Source: Oscillospiraceae bacterium (GTDB lineage: Bacteria > Bacillota > Clostridia > Oscillospirales > Ruminococcaceae). From it: a stretch of 64,000 nucleotides of DNA. Numbering within the stretch: position 1 is the first letter of the stretch; each line of letters opens with the position of its first letter. Shown here in pieces: positions 29,791 to 42,649 of the stretch. Both the position numbers and the translations under genes were made by a program. The stretch is from NCBI GenBank assembly GCA_963596815.1, contig CAVBNV010000001.1, positions 129,307-193,306 on the forward strand, written 5' to 3'. The notes under the pieces were generated by a model, which worked only from the letters and a program-made list of their open reading frames with translations, made no database searches and was not told the DNA's origin.

Positions 29791-30114
29791 TTAACGGTCT
29801 TGTTTTCCACAATCGCCTCTGTGTACGGTGGAAAACGTTTTGGGCGGGTACAGCACCCTCGTCGGGTTTTTCCAATACCCATGCTCCGGGATGGGGTCAA
29901 AACCCCATTTGCCGAGCGGGTTGCAGCGCAGTATGCGCCATACTCCCAGCAGACAGCCCTTGATGCAGCCGTGCGTCATAATCGCCTGCATGGTGTAATT
30001 GCTGCAGCTCGGTCGAAACCGGCAGCTGCGCCCGATCCACGGGCTCAGTGTGCGTTGATACACCAAAATCAAAAAGCACAGACACTTGCGGCACCATCGC
30101 TGCACTGCGGTCAT
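29791..30114 (-). CDS. yidD: Membrane protein insertion efficiency factor
   Basis: YQRTLSP, CRFRPSCS, RILRCNP, GFDP. Confidence 0.93.
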   Translation of the reverse strand: MTAVQRWCRKCLCFLILVYQRTLSPWIGRSCRFRPSCSNYTMQAIMTHGCIKGCLLGVWRILRCNPLGKWGFDPIPEHGYWKNPTRVLYPPKTFSTVHRGDCGKQDR

Positions 30115-30485
30115 TGATCCACTTCCCTGCGGCTTACATCCGGCTTTTTTGCTTTATCCGGCAGACCCGCGCGTGCAAACAGCTTTGCCACCACAGCAGA
30201 TACCTGCCAGCTCTTCAGTCTCGGTGTCACCCCGCGTGCCACAAAAATCAGGTCATATCCCCCGATGTTGTAGTCCAAATGCTCATCAATTGCCGCCTTC
30301 ATTACGCGGCGTGCACGGTTGCGCACCACAGCATGACCTATTTTTTTAGTGGCAGTAAGCCCCACACGTGTGCGCTTGCTGCGGGTTTTCATCACATACA
30401 GTACCAGCGCCGGATCTACATAGGACTTACCGCGGGCATATACCCTGCCGAACTCGCTGTTGCGACGAATAGGACGGTAACGCAC
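30111..30485 (-). CDS. rnpA: RNase P protein component
   Basis: EFGRVYARG, RVGLTATKKIGHAVVRNRARR; GTG start with AGGAGG. Confidence 0.95.
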   Translation of the reverse strand: MRYRPIRRNSEFGRVYARGKSYVDPALVLYVMKTRSKRTRVGLTATKKIGHAVVRNRARRVMKAAIDEHLDYNIGGYDLIFVARGVTPRLKSWQVSAVVAKLFARAGLPDKAKKPDVSRREVDQ

Positions 30486-30619
30486 GTTTCGGCGCCTCCT
30501 TTCCGGGATCAGAGCGTAAAACAGGTTTACTCTCTAGTCAGTATAACAAAAATTTTTTTACAATAAAAGACCATTCCTTCAATTTGAGAGAAAATTTCCT
30601 GCTCAAACAGAATCAAAAT

Positions 30620-30654
30620 AAAAATAAGACCGCCAACTCAATATCAGCGGTCTT
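30620..30654 (-). terminator. Terminator after rpmH
   Basis: aagaccgc/gcggtctt stem followed by atttt on the minus strand. Confidence 0.7.
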
Positions 30655-30702
30655 TTGTGCGCATATTCATTTCTGCGCCGATCCTGCTCAATCGAGAAAA
30701 GA

Positions 30703-30837
30703 TCAGACAGTCAGGCTCTTGCGGCCCTTTGCACGGCGAGCGTTCAAAACCTTGCGGCCATTTCTGGTGCTCATGCGGGCCAAAAAGCCATGAACTTCCT
30801 TGCGATGACGCTTCTTGGGCTGAAAAGTTCTTTTCAT
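30703..30837 (-). CDS. rpmH: 50S ribosomal protein L34 (not in the ORF track)
   Basis: Manual translation [52 protein letters not shown]. Confidence 0.97.
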   Translation of the reverse strand: MKRTFQPKKRHRKEVHGFLARMSTRNGRKVLNARRAKGRKSLTV

Positions 30838-31195
30838 GGTGGTATCCTCCGTAAAAACTTATCCCCGTTTTGTGGGGTCTATTCTGGTCCCAAAATGGGG
30901 ACAGGCTTGCAATTCAACAGTATATCGCACAGTATCCCCTTCTGTCAAGCATTTTTTTCACTTTCCATCAAACTTTTCTGTGAAAAGATTTTCAACTTTT
31001 TCACAGGTTCCGTGTTGAAAACCCGACGCATACAAGATATTGTAGTCTTTTTTTGTCTTGTACACAAGTGCCTTACAGCGGATTATATTTATGTATTATA
31101 AATTACATTATATAATATAGACGCACGCAGAATTTTGTGGTATACTCTCAAGGTATCGATAGCATTGTTGAAAACTTCAATGGAGTGGATATTTT
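30838..31195. other. oriC part 1 (rpmH-dnaA intergenic) with divergent promoters and variant DnaA boxes
   Basis: Boxes ttttcaact 30989 and tgttgaaaa 31013 and 31166. AT-rich tract about 31083-31120. rpmH promoter TTGACA-18-TATACT (30919-30948, minus). dnaA promoter TAGACG-17-TATACT (31118-31146). Confidence 0.8.
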
Positions 31196-32518
31196 ATGGA
31201 TTCTTTCAAGGACGTTTTAGAGGCTGCGCAAAGCTATTGCAAAACGCAAATGGCCGAGCCGACCTATAATCTTTATATCGATGGACTGGAGCCAATCAGC
31301 TTTGAGGATTCCAGCCATATCACACTGTCTGTGCGCAACGACTTTATCCGCAAAATCGTCTCCGACCGTTATCTCGGTTTGCTGAAGGAGGCGTTCAAAA
31401 CCGTGCTGGGCTTTGATGTGGACATCACACTTGTCGTGCCGAGCACCCCGCCGCATGAGGTCGTGCTGGCACAGCAGTACGAGGCAAACCCCGCCTCCCC
31501 GCAGGGCAATTACGAGTTCACCTTTGAAAATTTTATAAAAGGCCCTTCAAACCAGTTTGCCTTTGCCGCCGCACAGGCCGTTGCCGCAAATCCCTCAGGT
31601 GCATATAACCCCCTGTTCATTTACGGCGGTTCCGGCCTTGGCAAGACCCATCTGCTGACGGCAATCCAGACAGAGATCAAGCGCACCCACCCCGACTTTG
31701 TCATCATGTATGTCACCTGTGAGCAATTCACAAACGAATTGATCGCCGCGATTCGCTCCGGCAGCACAGAGGATTTCCGCATGAAGTACCGCGTAGCTGA
31801 CCTTCTGCTGGTCGATGATATTCAGTTCATCGCCGGCAAAGAGTCCACGCAGGAGGAGTTCTTCCACACCTTCAACTCTCTGCACGATGCGCACAAGCAG
31901 ATCGTCATTGCGTCCGACCGTCCTGCCAAAGAGATCAAAAGCCTTGAGGAACGACTGCGCACCCGCTTCGAGTGGGGTCTGACTGCCGACGTGCAGCCGC
32001 CAGACTTTGAAACGCGCGTTGCTATCGTTAAGCGAAAAGCAGAGCTGCTGCATCTGGATCTGCCCGAGGACGTTGCCGAGTTCATCGCCAATCACTTAAA
32101 GAACAACATCCGTCAGCTGGAAGGCGCTGTAAAAAAGCTGAACGCCTACTACATGCTAGAGGGCATCCAGCCCGTGATCAGCGTTGCACAAAACGCCATC
32201 AAGGATATCCTCAACGAGACACAGCCTGTGCCCGTGACGATTGAAAAAATCATCGGTGAGGTATCACGCACGTACAACGTATCACCTGCGGACATCCGCG
32301 GTACAAAGCGCAATGCCAATGTTGCATCCGCACGCCGGGTGGCGATTTACATCCTTCGTGACGTGACAGGTATGAGCATGGAGGAGATCGGACGCGAATT
32401 TTCGGGTCGAGATCATTCCACCATCGTCTACTCGCTGAAAACCATGGAGCGTGACATGCAGAACGACCAGCACCTGCGGGAAACCGTCAGTGACATCATC
32501 AAAAACGTAAAAGCATAA
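31196..32518 (+). CDS. dnaA: Chromosomal replication initiator DnaA
   Basis: FTFENF, YNPLFIYGGSGLGKTHL, DDIQF, QEEFFHTFN, RLRTRF, GRDHST. Confidence 0.99.
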   Translation: MDSFKDVLEAAQSYCKTQMAEPTYNLYIDGLEPISFEDSSHITLSVRNDFIRKIVSDRYLGLLKEAFKTVLGFDVDITLVVPSTPPHEVVLAQQYEANPASPQGNYEFTFENFIKGPSNQFAFAAAQAVAANPSGAYNPLFIYGGSGLGKTHLLTAIQTEIKRTHPDFVIMYVTCEQFTNELIAAIRSGSTEDFRMKYRVADLLLVDDIQFIAGKESTQEEFFHTFNSLHDAHKQIVIASDRPAKEIKSLEERLRTRFEWGLTADVQPPDFETRVAIVKRKAELLHLDLPEDVAEFIANHLKNNIRQLEGAVKKLNAYYMLEGIQPVISVAQNAIKDILNETQPVPVTIEKIIGEVSRTYNVSPADIRGTKRNANVASARRVAIYILRDVTGMSMEEIGREFSGRDHSTIVYSLKTMERDMQNDQHLRETVSDIIKNVKA

Positions 32519-32887
32519 ACAACGCCCGGTGTAAACCGGGCATGTTTGCCCTATAAAACCGCAAAATATAGCAGGTAACACATCGGAAACAGGCAAACAG
32601 AGACAACATCTTGTGAAGGCAGAGGCGAGCTTTCCACATTTTCCACCGAGTATTCAACATTTAACACAGCATTTCAACGCATGATGTTGAAAATAAAAAT
32701 CAACACAGCACTTCACACTTCCTCAACAAAATCTCCACAACGCTGTGGAAACCGAAATCACAGCATCAAATCAAGGTAAAACGGAGTTTTCAACAAAATC
32801 CCCACTCCCTACTACTAGTGCTACAACAAATTTATTATAAAGCAAACACCAACCAACCGGAACCAACCGAAAAGGAGCGAATTCAAC
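32519..32887. other. oriC part 2 (dnaA-dnaN intergenic): DnaA boxes, DnaA-trios, AT-rich unwinding region
   Basis: Boxes at 32630, 32639, 32651, 32671, 32685, 32720, 32731, 32744 and 32787; then cta-cta-cta-gtg-cta-caa-caa (32809-32829) and atttattataaa. Confidence 0.88.
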
Positions 32888-33994
32888 TTGAACATTATCT
32901 GCGATAAAACCCTGTTGAGTACAGCAATCGACGGCGTCTCCAAAGCAGTACCTAGCCGATCCACAACACCTGTCCTTGAAGGTATCCTGCTGAAAGCTGA
33001 AGGCTTCCAGCTGACCCTGACAGGCTACGATATGGAAATCGGCATCGTAACCACGATCGAGGCAAACGTAAAAGAAGACGGCGAAATCGTGCTGAATGCA
33101 AAGCTGCTCAGCAATATGGTTGCCCGCATGCCGGCCGGACAAATATCCATTCTCTCCAGCGACAACGGAAAAACAACGATCCAAGGCGGAGTTGCACAAT
33201 TTGAAATTCAATCCATGCCTGCATCCGACTTCCCTGAGTTACCCAATACCGAGACCGAAGAAACCCTTACGGTCAAAACAAATGTCCTGCGCGATGTAAT
33301 CGACCGAACCTTGTATGCCGTCAGCCAGGACGAAAGAAAACCTGCGCACACCGGCGAAATGTTCGAGATCACACCTGATAAATTGACCGTTGTTGCGCTG
33401 GATGGATATCGCCTTGCGATCGTCGAACGCCCGGTTACAGCGGTAAAAGAAATCAACATCATCGTGCCGAGCAAAACCATGAATGAAGTCAATCACCTGC
33501 TGGCAAACGATGATGAAGAGGATGTCCATATCAGCGCAAACCGAAACTTTGTAGTGTTCAAAACGGCAGGTTACACCATTTTGAGCCGCCTGATCAATGG
33601 CGAATTTCTCAAATATCGCAATGTCATCCCCTCCGGCAGCCGCACCAGTGTTGTGCTGAACACAAAGGACTTTATCGAGACCATCGAGCGAGCTTCGTTG
33701 ATTATTACAGAACGTTTAAAAAATCCCCTGCGCATTTCTTTTACAACTGGTAAAGTGGTCGTTCGGTGTCAGACAAATCTTGGCCGCGTTGTGGACGAAT
33801 TTGGCGCAACGTGTTCTGGCGATGAGGTTGAAATCGGTTTCAATAACCGCTATCTTCTGGATGCGCTGCGCAATGCACGCACGGAAAACGTGCGCATGGA
33901 AATCAGCGGACCGCTGAGCCCGGTCAAGGTCTTACCGGAGGAGGGCAATGACTTTTTGTACCTGGTTCTGCCGGTGCGTTTCAAAAACGATTAA
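32888..33994 (+). CDS. dnaN: DNA polymerase III beta clamp
   Basis: PVLEGILL, GYDMEIGI, DFPELP, VALDGYRLA, IGFNNRYLLDAL, LVLPVR; TTG start. Confidence 0.97.
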   Translation: MNIICDKTLLSTAIDGVSKAVPSRSTTPVLEGILLKAEGFQLTLTGYDMEIGIVTTIEANVKEDGEIVLNAKLLSNMVARMPAGQISILSSDNGKTTIQGGVAQFEIQSMPASDFPELPNTETEETLTVKTNVLRDVIDRTLYAVSQDERKPAHTGEMFEITPDKLTVVALDGYRLAIVERPVTAVKEINIIVPSKTMNEVNHLLANDDEEDVHISANRNFVVFKTAGYTILSRLINGEFLKYRNVIPSGSRTSVVLNTKDFIETIERASLIITERLKNPLRISFTTGKVVVRCQTNLGRVVDEFGATCSGDEVEIGFNNRYLLDALRNARTENVRMEISGPLSPVKVLPEEGNDFLYLVLPVRFKND

Positions 33995-34006
33995 GGGGGC
34001 TTTTCG

Positions 34007-34222
34007 ATGCAGAAAATTCTCATACATACAGACTTTATCAAGTTAGATGCACTGCTTAAGTTTGCCGGGCTCTGCGAGACAGGCGGCGAGGCAAAGGAAC
34101 TGGTACAAAATGGAGCTGTGCGCGTGAACGGCGAGGTATGCACAATGCGCGGGAAAAAATGCATCCCCGGCGATGTGATTGAGCTGGACGGACAAAGCGT
34201 GGAAGTCGGGCGGGGCAAATAA
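34007..34222 (+). CDS. yaaA: S4 domain protein YaaA
   Basis: [27 protein letters not shown]; position between dnaN and recF. Confidence 0.92.
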   Translation: MQKILIHTDFIKLDALLKFAGLCETGGEAKELVQNGAVRVNGEVCTMRGKKCIPGDVIELDGQSVEVGRGK

Positions 34223-35344
34223 ATGCGTCTGCTCTCGTTGGATGTCCAAAATTACCGCAACATTGCGCAGGCGAGCCTGACACCCGGTCAGGAGCTGACG
34301 GTCATCTGCGGCAACAACGGACAGGGAAAAACAAACCTGCTGGAGGCAATCTGGCTTCTAACAGGCGGCAAAAGCTTTCGCGGGGGGAAGGATGCAGAGC
34401 TTGTGCGCCGTGGGGAGACGTTTGCGGTGCTGGAAGCCGCTACACAGCGTACCGAGCAGGCGGGGGTGGAGTCGGATGACCCTGTAAAGGTCCGCATGAC
34501 GATCGGTACGCCGGAAACACCTCGCCCGGGACGGTATGCGTCTGTCAATGGCGCATCACCGAAGCGGGCCTCGGTGATGGCGGGCAGTTTTCCTGCAGTT
34601 GTGTTTGACCCGGGACACCTGAGCCTGGTAAAGGGAGCGCCGGAGGGACGACGGAGATTTTTGGATGCCGCGCTGTGTCAGCTCTACCCTGGATACCTTG
34701 CGATCTATCGCCGCTATGTGCGCGTTTTGCAGCAAAAAAATGCATTGCTGCGGCATACTTCCGCAGTGGCAGAACGACCTTACGCAGAAAAGCGCGCACT
34801 GCTGGAGGTGTTGAACACAGAGCTTGCCATGCAGGGAGAACAAATCCAAAAGAGACGCCTGGAATACCTGACCCTTTTGTCGCCTCTGGCCTGTGCGAAT
34901 TACGCCGAGCTTTCGCATGGGGCGGAACGCTTGTCAGTCCGCTATGCTGCACAATTTGAGGCAGGAGCCCTGGCGGATCTGCTGAAAAAGAGGCAGGAGG
35001 AGGAGCTGCGCGCAGGGCAGAGCCTGTGCGGCATCCACCGTGAAGACCTGGAGCTGCTGCTGGATGACCAGCCGGCAAGGGTGTTTGCGAGCCAGGGACA
35101 GCAGCGCAGTGTGGTACTGTCCCTGAAAATGGCAGAGGCTGCGGCTTGTGCCCATATCACAGGGGAACACCCGGTGCTGCTGCTGGATGATGTGCTCAGC
35201 GAGCTGGACGATGGCAGAAAGCAATACCTGCTGACACGCATGAAGGAAAAGCAGACATTTGTGACAAGTTGCGATGACACCGCATTCCTCAAAACAGACG
35301 GTGAGGTTTACCGCATGAACAACGGGACACTGAGGCGTGCGTAA
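34223..35344 (+). CDS. recF: DNA repair protein RecF
   Basis: NYRN, GNNGQGKTNLLEAI, GIHREDL, SQGQQR, LLLDDVLSELD. Confidence 0.97.
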   Translation: MRLLSLDVQNYRNIAQASLTPGQELTVICGNNGQGKTNLLEAIWLLTGGKSFRGGKDAELVRRGETFAVLEAATQRTEQAGVESDDPVKVRMTIGTPETPRPGRYASVNGASPKRASVMAGSFPAVVFDPGHLSLVKGAPEGRRRFLDAALCQLYPGYLAIYRRYVRVLQQKNALLRHTSAVAERPYAEKRALLEVLNTELAMQGEQIQKRRLEYLTLLSPLACANYAELSHGAERLSVRYAAQFEAGALADLLKKRQEEELRAGQSLCGIHREDLELLLDDQPARVFASQGQQRSVVLSLKMAEAAACAHITGEHPVLLLDDVLSELDDGRKQYLLTRMKEKQTFVTSCDDTAFLKTDGEVYRMNNGTLRRA

Positions 35345-35426
35345 ACAAGACACGTATGCATAAATATACATATAAACGCAAAAAGACAACACGGCGACAC
35401 ATACACATGCATGGGGAAATTACAGA

Positions 35427-37758
<2,332 letters not shown>

Positions 37759-37842
37759 TGTGATTTCTCCCCTGAAAGAAGCTTTTGCGATGATAAAATC
37801 ACCCTTCCGGCAAAGGGAGGGTGCTACCCTACGGAGGAACAA

Positions 37843-40431
37843 ATGGAAGAAGATTATGTTATGATACCGGGCAGCGGTACGAAAAAAATTATCCGCGATG
37901 TCACAAAAGAAATCGAGACCGCTTTTCTGGATTACTCGATGTCTGTCATCGTGTCCCGTGCGCTGCCGGATGTGCGTGACGGCTTAAAGCCGGTACACCG
38001 CCGAATTCTGTATACGATGCATGAGCGCGGCAATGACCCGAGCCATCCCTACCGCAAGTCGGCAGATACGGTCGGTGCTGTGCTGGGCTCTTATCACCCA
38101 CACGGCGATGCATCTGTTTACGATGCAATGGTTCGTCTTGCACAGGATTTTTCGCTGCGATATCCGCTGGTAGACGGCCAGGGTAACTTCGGCTCGGTCG
38201 ATGGTGACCCCCCTGCTGCTTACCGTTACACCGAGGCCCGCATGAGCCGTATGGCTGTGGAAATGCTGACCGATATCGAAAAGGACACCATCGACTGGGA
38301 CCCCAACTTTGATGAGACTAAAAAGGAACCCAGCGTTCTGCCCAGCCGCTTCCCGAATCTGCTGGTCAACGGCAGCCAGGGCATCGCTGTCGGTATGGCT
38401 ACCAACATTCCGCCCCACAACCTGGGCGAGGTAATTGACGGGTGCGTGGCGTATATCGATAACCCGGATATTGACCTTGCGGGCTTGATGGAATACATCA
38501 AGGGTCCGGATTTTCCGACGGCTGGCATTATTATGGGACGCAGCGGCATCCGAGCAGCTTATGCAACCGGACGCGGCAAAATCACGCTGCGCGGACGTGC
38601 TACGATCGAAGAGACCAAAAACGGGCGCACGCAAATCATCATTACAGAGATCCCGTACATGGTAAACAAGGCACGCCTGATTGAAAACATGGCAGACCTT
38701 GTAAAAGAAAAGCGCATTGAGGGTATCACCGGCCTGAACGATGAGACAAACCGCAAGGGCATGCGCATTGTGGTGGATATCCGCAAGGACGCAAACGCAC
38801 AGGTCATTCTGAACCAGCTGTACCAGTACACACAGCTGCAGGACACCGTAGGCGTAATCATGCTGGCAATCGACCACAAGGTGCCAAAGGTTTTGACGCT
38901 GAAGGACATGCTGCGCAAGTACGTCGAATTTCAGGATGAGGTGGTCCGTCGGCGTACACAGTACGACCTGAAAAAGGCAAAAGAGCGTGCCCATATCCTG
39001 GAGGGATTGAAAAAAGCTACGGATATCGTGGATGAACTGATCGCAACGATCCGTGCATGCAAGGGCGGCATGGCCGAAGCGAAAGCAGCCATCATGGAGC
39101 GATTCGGTTTTGATGATCTGCAGGCAGATGCAATCGTCAAGCTGCAATTGGGTCGTTTGGCAGGTCTTGAAATCCTGAAGATCGAGGAAGAGCTGCGCGG
39201 TCTGCATGCGAAGATCCGTGACTGGGAAGAGATCCTTGCGGATGATGCGCGTGTGCTTGCAATTGTAAAAGAAGAGCTGCTGGAAATGAAAAAGCGCTTT
39301 GGTGATGAGCGCCGCACGGAAATTCAATCCGTGACAGGAGAAGTGGACATCGAGGATCTGATCGCTGAGGAGCAGTGCGTTTACACCTTGACAGAGGCCG
39401 GCTATATCAAGCGTCAGCTCAAGGCAACGTATCAGGCACAGCATCGCGGCGGACGTGGCATCTCCGGTATGACCCGCAAAGAGGAAGACATCGTGCAGGA
39501 AATGTTTGTCGGATCTACGCACGATTACGTGCTGTTTGTCACAAACAAAGGGCGCCTGTTCCGCATTAAGGGCTACAACATTGCAGAGGGCAGCCGCACC
39601 AGTAAGGGCGCAAACATTGTAAATCTGCTGCAGCTGACAGAGGGTGAAAAGGTCACGAATATGATCCGCCAGAGCAGAGATGCAGACGCAAAGGGCGGCT
39701 ATGTGACGATGGTCACCAAGAAGGGTTTGATCAAGCGTACGGAGCTGTCGGCATATGCAAACATCCGCAAGAGCGGCTTGATCGGAATTGCACTGAACGA
39801 GGGCGATTCTCTGGCATGGACCCGCCTGACGACCGGTGACGACATGCTGATTATTGCTACCCGCAACGGCCAGGCAATCTGCTTCAACGAAAAAGAGGCA
39901 CGCCCGATGGGACGCAACGGTCACGGCGTAAAGGCAATTAAGCTTGCCGATGGCGATGAGGTGATTGGCGTATGCATCTGCCGTGAGAGCGGCAAGGTGC
40001 TGACCGTTACAGAAAACGGCAAGGGACGTCGCAGTGAGATCGATACCTACCGCATTACAAGACGTGGCGGAAAGGGTGTGCGAAACTACGATGCAACGAA
40101 AGACAAGGTCGCCGCAATCAAGATCGTGGACGATGTGGACGATGTACTGCTGAGCAGCCAGAATGGTGTCATTATTCGCCTGCATGCGAATGAAATCCCG
40201 GTTCACAGCCGCTACGGCGCAGGTGTGCGTGTGATGAACCTGGGCGAAAACGACAAGGTAATGGTTTTGGCTCGTACAGACCATGATGATGAGGCACATA
40301 CCGAAAAAATCGATGTCTCCGAGGACGAGGCAGAGCCTACCGCAGAGCAGATCGCCGCAATGGAAGCAGAAGAAGCGTCTGCTGCGGCAGAGGTGCCTGA
40401 AACAGATGAGGCTGAAAACACAGAAGAGTAA
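37843..40431 (+). CDS. gyrA: DNA gyrase subunit A
   Basis: [28 protein letters not shown]; GyrA-box QHRGGRG; acidic tail. Confidence 0.98.
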   Translation: MEEDYVMIPGSGTKKIIRDVTKEIETAFLDYSMSVIVSRALPDVRDGLKPVHRRILYTMHERGNDPSHPYRKSADTVGAVLGSYHPHGDASVYDAMVRLAQDFSLRYPLVDGQGNFGSVDGDPPAAYRYTEARMSRMAVEMLTDIEKDTIDWDPNFDETKKEPSVLPSRFPNLLVNGSQGIAVGMATNIPPHNLGEVIDGCVAYIDNPDIDLAGLMEYIKGPDFPTAGIIMGRSGIRAAYATGRGKITLRGRATIEETKNGRTQIIITEIPYMVNKARLIENMADLVKEKRIEGITGLNDETNRKGMRIVVDIRKDANAQVILNQLYQYTQLQDTVGVIMLAIDHKVPKVLTLKDMLRKYVEFQDEVVRRRTQYDLKKAKERAHILEGLKKATDIVDELIATIRACKGGMAEAKAAIMERFGFDDLQADAIVKLQLGRLAGLEILKIEEELRGLHAKIRDWEEILADDARVLAIVKEELLEMKKRFGDERRTEIQSVTGEVDIEDLIAEEQCVYTLTEAGYIKRQLKATYQAQHRGGRGISGMTRKEEDIVQEMFVGSTHDYVLFVTNKGRLFRIKGYNIAEGSRTSKGANIVNLLQLTEGEKVTNMIRQSRDADAKGGYVTMVTKKGLIKRTELSAYANIRKSGLIGIALNEGDSLAWTRLTTGDDMLIIATRNGQAICFNEKEARPMGRNGHGVKAIKLADGDEVIGVCICRESGKVLTVTENGKGRRSEIDTYRITRRGGKGVRNYDATKDKVAAIKIVDDVDDVLLSSQNGVIIRLHANEIPVHSRYGAGVRVMNLGENDKVMVLARTDHDDEAHTEKIDVSEDEAEPTAEQIAAMEAEEASAAAEVPETDEAENTEE

Positions 40432-40458
40432 TATAACACAAAAATAGCATTGCAAAGG

Positions 40459-40512
40459 GACACCCCGATTTCGGACAGGATAGGATACTGTTTCGAAAAA
40501 GGGGTGTTTTTT
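40459..40512 (+). terminator. Terminator after gyrA
   Basis: gacacccc...ggggtgtt extended hairpin plus T run. Confidence 0.75.
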
Positions 40513-40606
40513 ACGCAAATCGGGCTTTGATATTGACAAGATCGGCAGTACTGCCGTAAACTTGAGCTATGATTTGCAACCAATGCCACACAAGGGGGAA
40601 GGCTGA

Positions 40607-41158
40607 ATGGAAGCTGCACATTTCGAAAAAACGCTATCCAGAGAGGTACTGTTTGAAGGGCATGTTGTCACATTGACACTGGACCAGGCTTTACTGGAAA
40701 ACGGAAAGACGGCAAGTCGTGAGGTGGTGCATCATCACGGCGGCGCCTGCATTGTACCGTATTTTGAGGATGGAACGATTTGCATGGTGCGTCAGTTTCG
40801 GTATGCGATGCAACAGGAGCTGTGGGAGCTGCCGGCAGGCAAGCTGGAAAAGAATGAAGATCCGTTTGAAGCCGCAAAACGCGAACTGGAAGAGGAATGC
40901 GGCCTGACAGCGGACAATTATGTATCGCTGGGACAATTTTATCCGACGGTCGGCTACGATACTGAAATTATTTATACGTGGGTGGCTACGGGTCTGCATG
41001 AGACACACATGCACCTGGACGACGATGAGTTCCTTACACCGGATCGGGTCCCGCTGGAAAAAGCATACGAGATGGTTATGAGCGGTGAGATACGGGATGG
41101 AAAAACAATTGCAGGCGTGCTTAAGCTAAAGGCGCTGATCAACGAGGGCAAAATTTGA
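40607..41158 (+). CDS. nudF: NUDIX hydrolase, ADP-ribose pyrophosphatase type
   Basis: REVVHH, VRQFRY, ELPAGKLE...AAKRELEEECG, DGKT. Confidence 0.9.
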   Translation: MEAAHFEKTLSREVLFEGHVVTLTLDQALLENGKTASREVVHHHGGACIVPYFEDGTICMVRQFRYAMQQELWELPAGKLEKNEDPFEAAKRELEEECGLTADNYVSLGQFYPTVGYDTEIIYTWVATGLHETHMHLDDDEFLTPDRVPLEKAYEMVMSGEIRDGKTIAGVLKLKALINEGKI

Positions 41159-41847
41159 TATTGTATGAGGATGCAGCACTCGTGGTGCTGAATAAACCGG
41201 CGGGTCTTTCCAGCGAGGGAGATGTGCCGCAGAAATTGCGGGAGAGATGGAGTGATCCTGATGCCTTTGTGGGTGTGATCCATCGACTTGATACAGGGGT
41301 TTCCGGCTTGATGGTATATGCAAAAACGCAGCAAGCGGCGGCGGTGCTGAGTCGGCAGGTCTTGCAAAGCCGGAATGCATATGCCGAAATGGACAGACAA
41401 ACGGGTATATTGGCAGTGTCCGGCGAAAAGCCGTGTTTTGTCAAACGCTATCGAGCTGTTTTGTCCGGAAGAGCGGATGAAGCGCTTGCTGAAGGAGGCA
41501 TCCTGCGAGACTATCTGTTCAAGGATGGACGAAGCGGAAAGGTTTACCCTGTAAAGAGACAACGCAAGGGGGTGCGGGAAGCAGTGCTGGAATACCGCAT
41601 CACGGCACAGGCGGCTGACTGCTCTCTGGCGGAAATTACGCTGCACACAGGGCGAACGCACCAGATACGTGTTCAATTTGCAAGCCGGAAACACCCGCTG
41701 TGGGGGGATGGAAAGTACGGCAGTCGTGAAAAGGGCGAAATCGCTTTGCAGAGCATGGAGCTCTGCTTTGAACACCCGGAAACAAAACAGATAATGAGTT
41801 TTCAGCTCCCGCTGCCAGAGGGACAGCCGTGGGAAAAGTTCAGGTGA
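41155..41847 (+). CDS. RluA family pseudouridine synthase
   Basis: ILYED, NKPAGL, HRLD, TGRTHQIRVQ, GDGKYG; TTG start overlapping the nudF stop. Confidence 0.93.
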   Translation: MILYEDAALVVLNKPAGLSSEGDVPQKLRERWSDPDAFVGVIHRLDTGVSGLMVYAKTQQAAAVLSRQVLQSRNAYAEMDRQTGILAVSGEKPCFVKRYRAVLSGRADEALAEGGILRDYLFKDGRSGKVYPVKRQRKGVREAVLEYRITAQAADCSLAEITLHTGRTHQIRVQFASRKHPLWGDGKYGSREKGEIALQSMELCFEHPETKQIMSFQLPLPEGQPWEKFR

Positions 41848-41852
41848 GAAAG

Positions 41853-42563
41853 ATGGAACAACAATACAAAACCGACGCAGAAATATATGACGTCCTGGAG
41901 CGAGAAATCATTGATTTGACGCTGCGCCCGGGCAGTTCCCTGAGTGAGAACCCTCTTTGCACCCGCTTTGGAGCACCCAGAAGTCTGATTCGAGTCGTGC
42001 TGCAGCGCCTGAAAGAAAACGGACTTGTGCGTATTGTGCCGTATAAGGGCACGACAGTTACGCGGCTGAACCGGAAAATTGTGGAAGAATTGATTTACGA
42101 GCGCACGGCAGTTGAGGCAAAAATTCTGCGTGATTTTACGCCTCACTGCACACCGGCACAGATCGCTCTGATCCGCAAACGGGTGGAGGCATACGAAAAA
42201 CTGGCAAAGGAGCCCAGGGTAAATTATAGCCGCTTATACGAAGCGGACCGTCTGCTGCATGAAACATGGTTTGCTGCGATGGATAAAATGTACCTGTGGA
42301 ACACATTGCAGAATGCACATGCGGACTATACTCGCTTCCGGATGTTGGATACTGTGACAAGCGGTGGGCTTGCTGATGTGATAGAAGACCACCGAAGCCT
42401 GCTGGATGCGATTGAAAAAGGAGATTTGCAGGCGTTTGAACCGTTGGTGGAGCGCCACCTGTACGGCAGTATCCGCAGACTTGGGACAAAAGTTAAAACC
42501 GAATTCGCAGATTATTTTGAGCCGGAAACAGATGCACCGATTGTTCCCCGTGGAACAAAATGA
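41853..42563 (+). CDS. GntR family regulator with FCD domain
   Basis: wHTH LRPGSSLSE...LKENGLVRIVPYKGTTV; FCD with D..LH and DH. Confidence 0.9.
   Translation: MEQQYKTDAEIYDVLEREIIDLTLRPGSSLSENPLCTRFGAPRSLIRVVLQRLKENGLVRIVPYKGTTVTRLNRKIVEELIYERTAVEAKILRDFTPHCTPAQIALIRKRVEAYEKLAKEPRVNYSRLYEADRLLHETWFAAMDKMYLWNTLQNAHADYTRFRMLDTVTSGGLADVIEDHRSLLDAIEKGDLQAFEPLVERHLYGSIRRLGTKVKTEFADYFEPETDAPIVPRGTK
42542..42557. promoter_or_regulatory. parS site (one mismatch) at the gntR 3' end
   Basis: TGTTCCCCGTGGAACA versus TGTTCCACGTGGAACA. Confidence 0.75.
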
Positions 42564-42600
42564 GTACAAACCAGCGACCAGGCATTGATAAGAATGTATA

Positions 42601-42638
42601 AAAATGCACCCCTGCTAAAAAAGCAGGGGTGCATTTTT
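42601..42638. terminator. Bidirectional terminator between gntR and mntP
   Basis: aaaatgcacccctgct/agcaggggtgcatttt perfect stem. Confidence 0.88.
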
Positions 42639-42649
42639 GGCTCTTTTTT

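Noticed and set aside
35345..35420. AC-rich low-complexity spacer between recF and remB
   Set aside because: No defined repeat unit, stable structure or ORF.
37984..40539. 851-aa ORF antisense to gyrA, and similar long antisense ORFs over ppaC, jag, cysK, the esterase, mgtE and the RND gene
   Set aside because: Each fully overlaps a well-supported gene on the other strand and has no recognisable domain.
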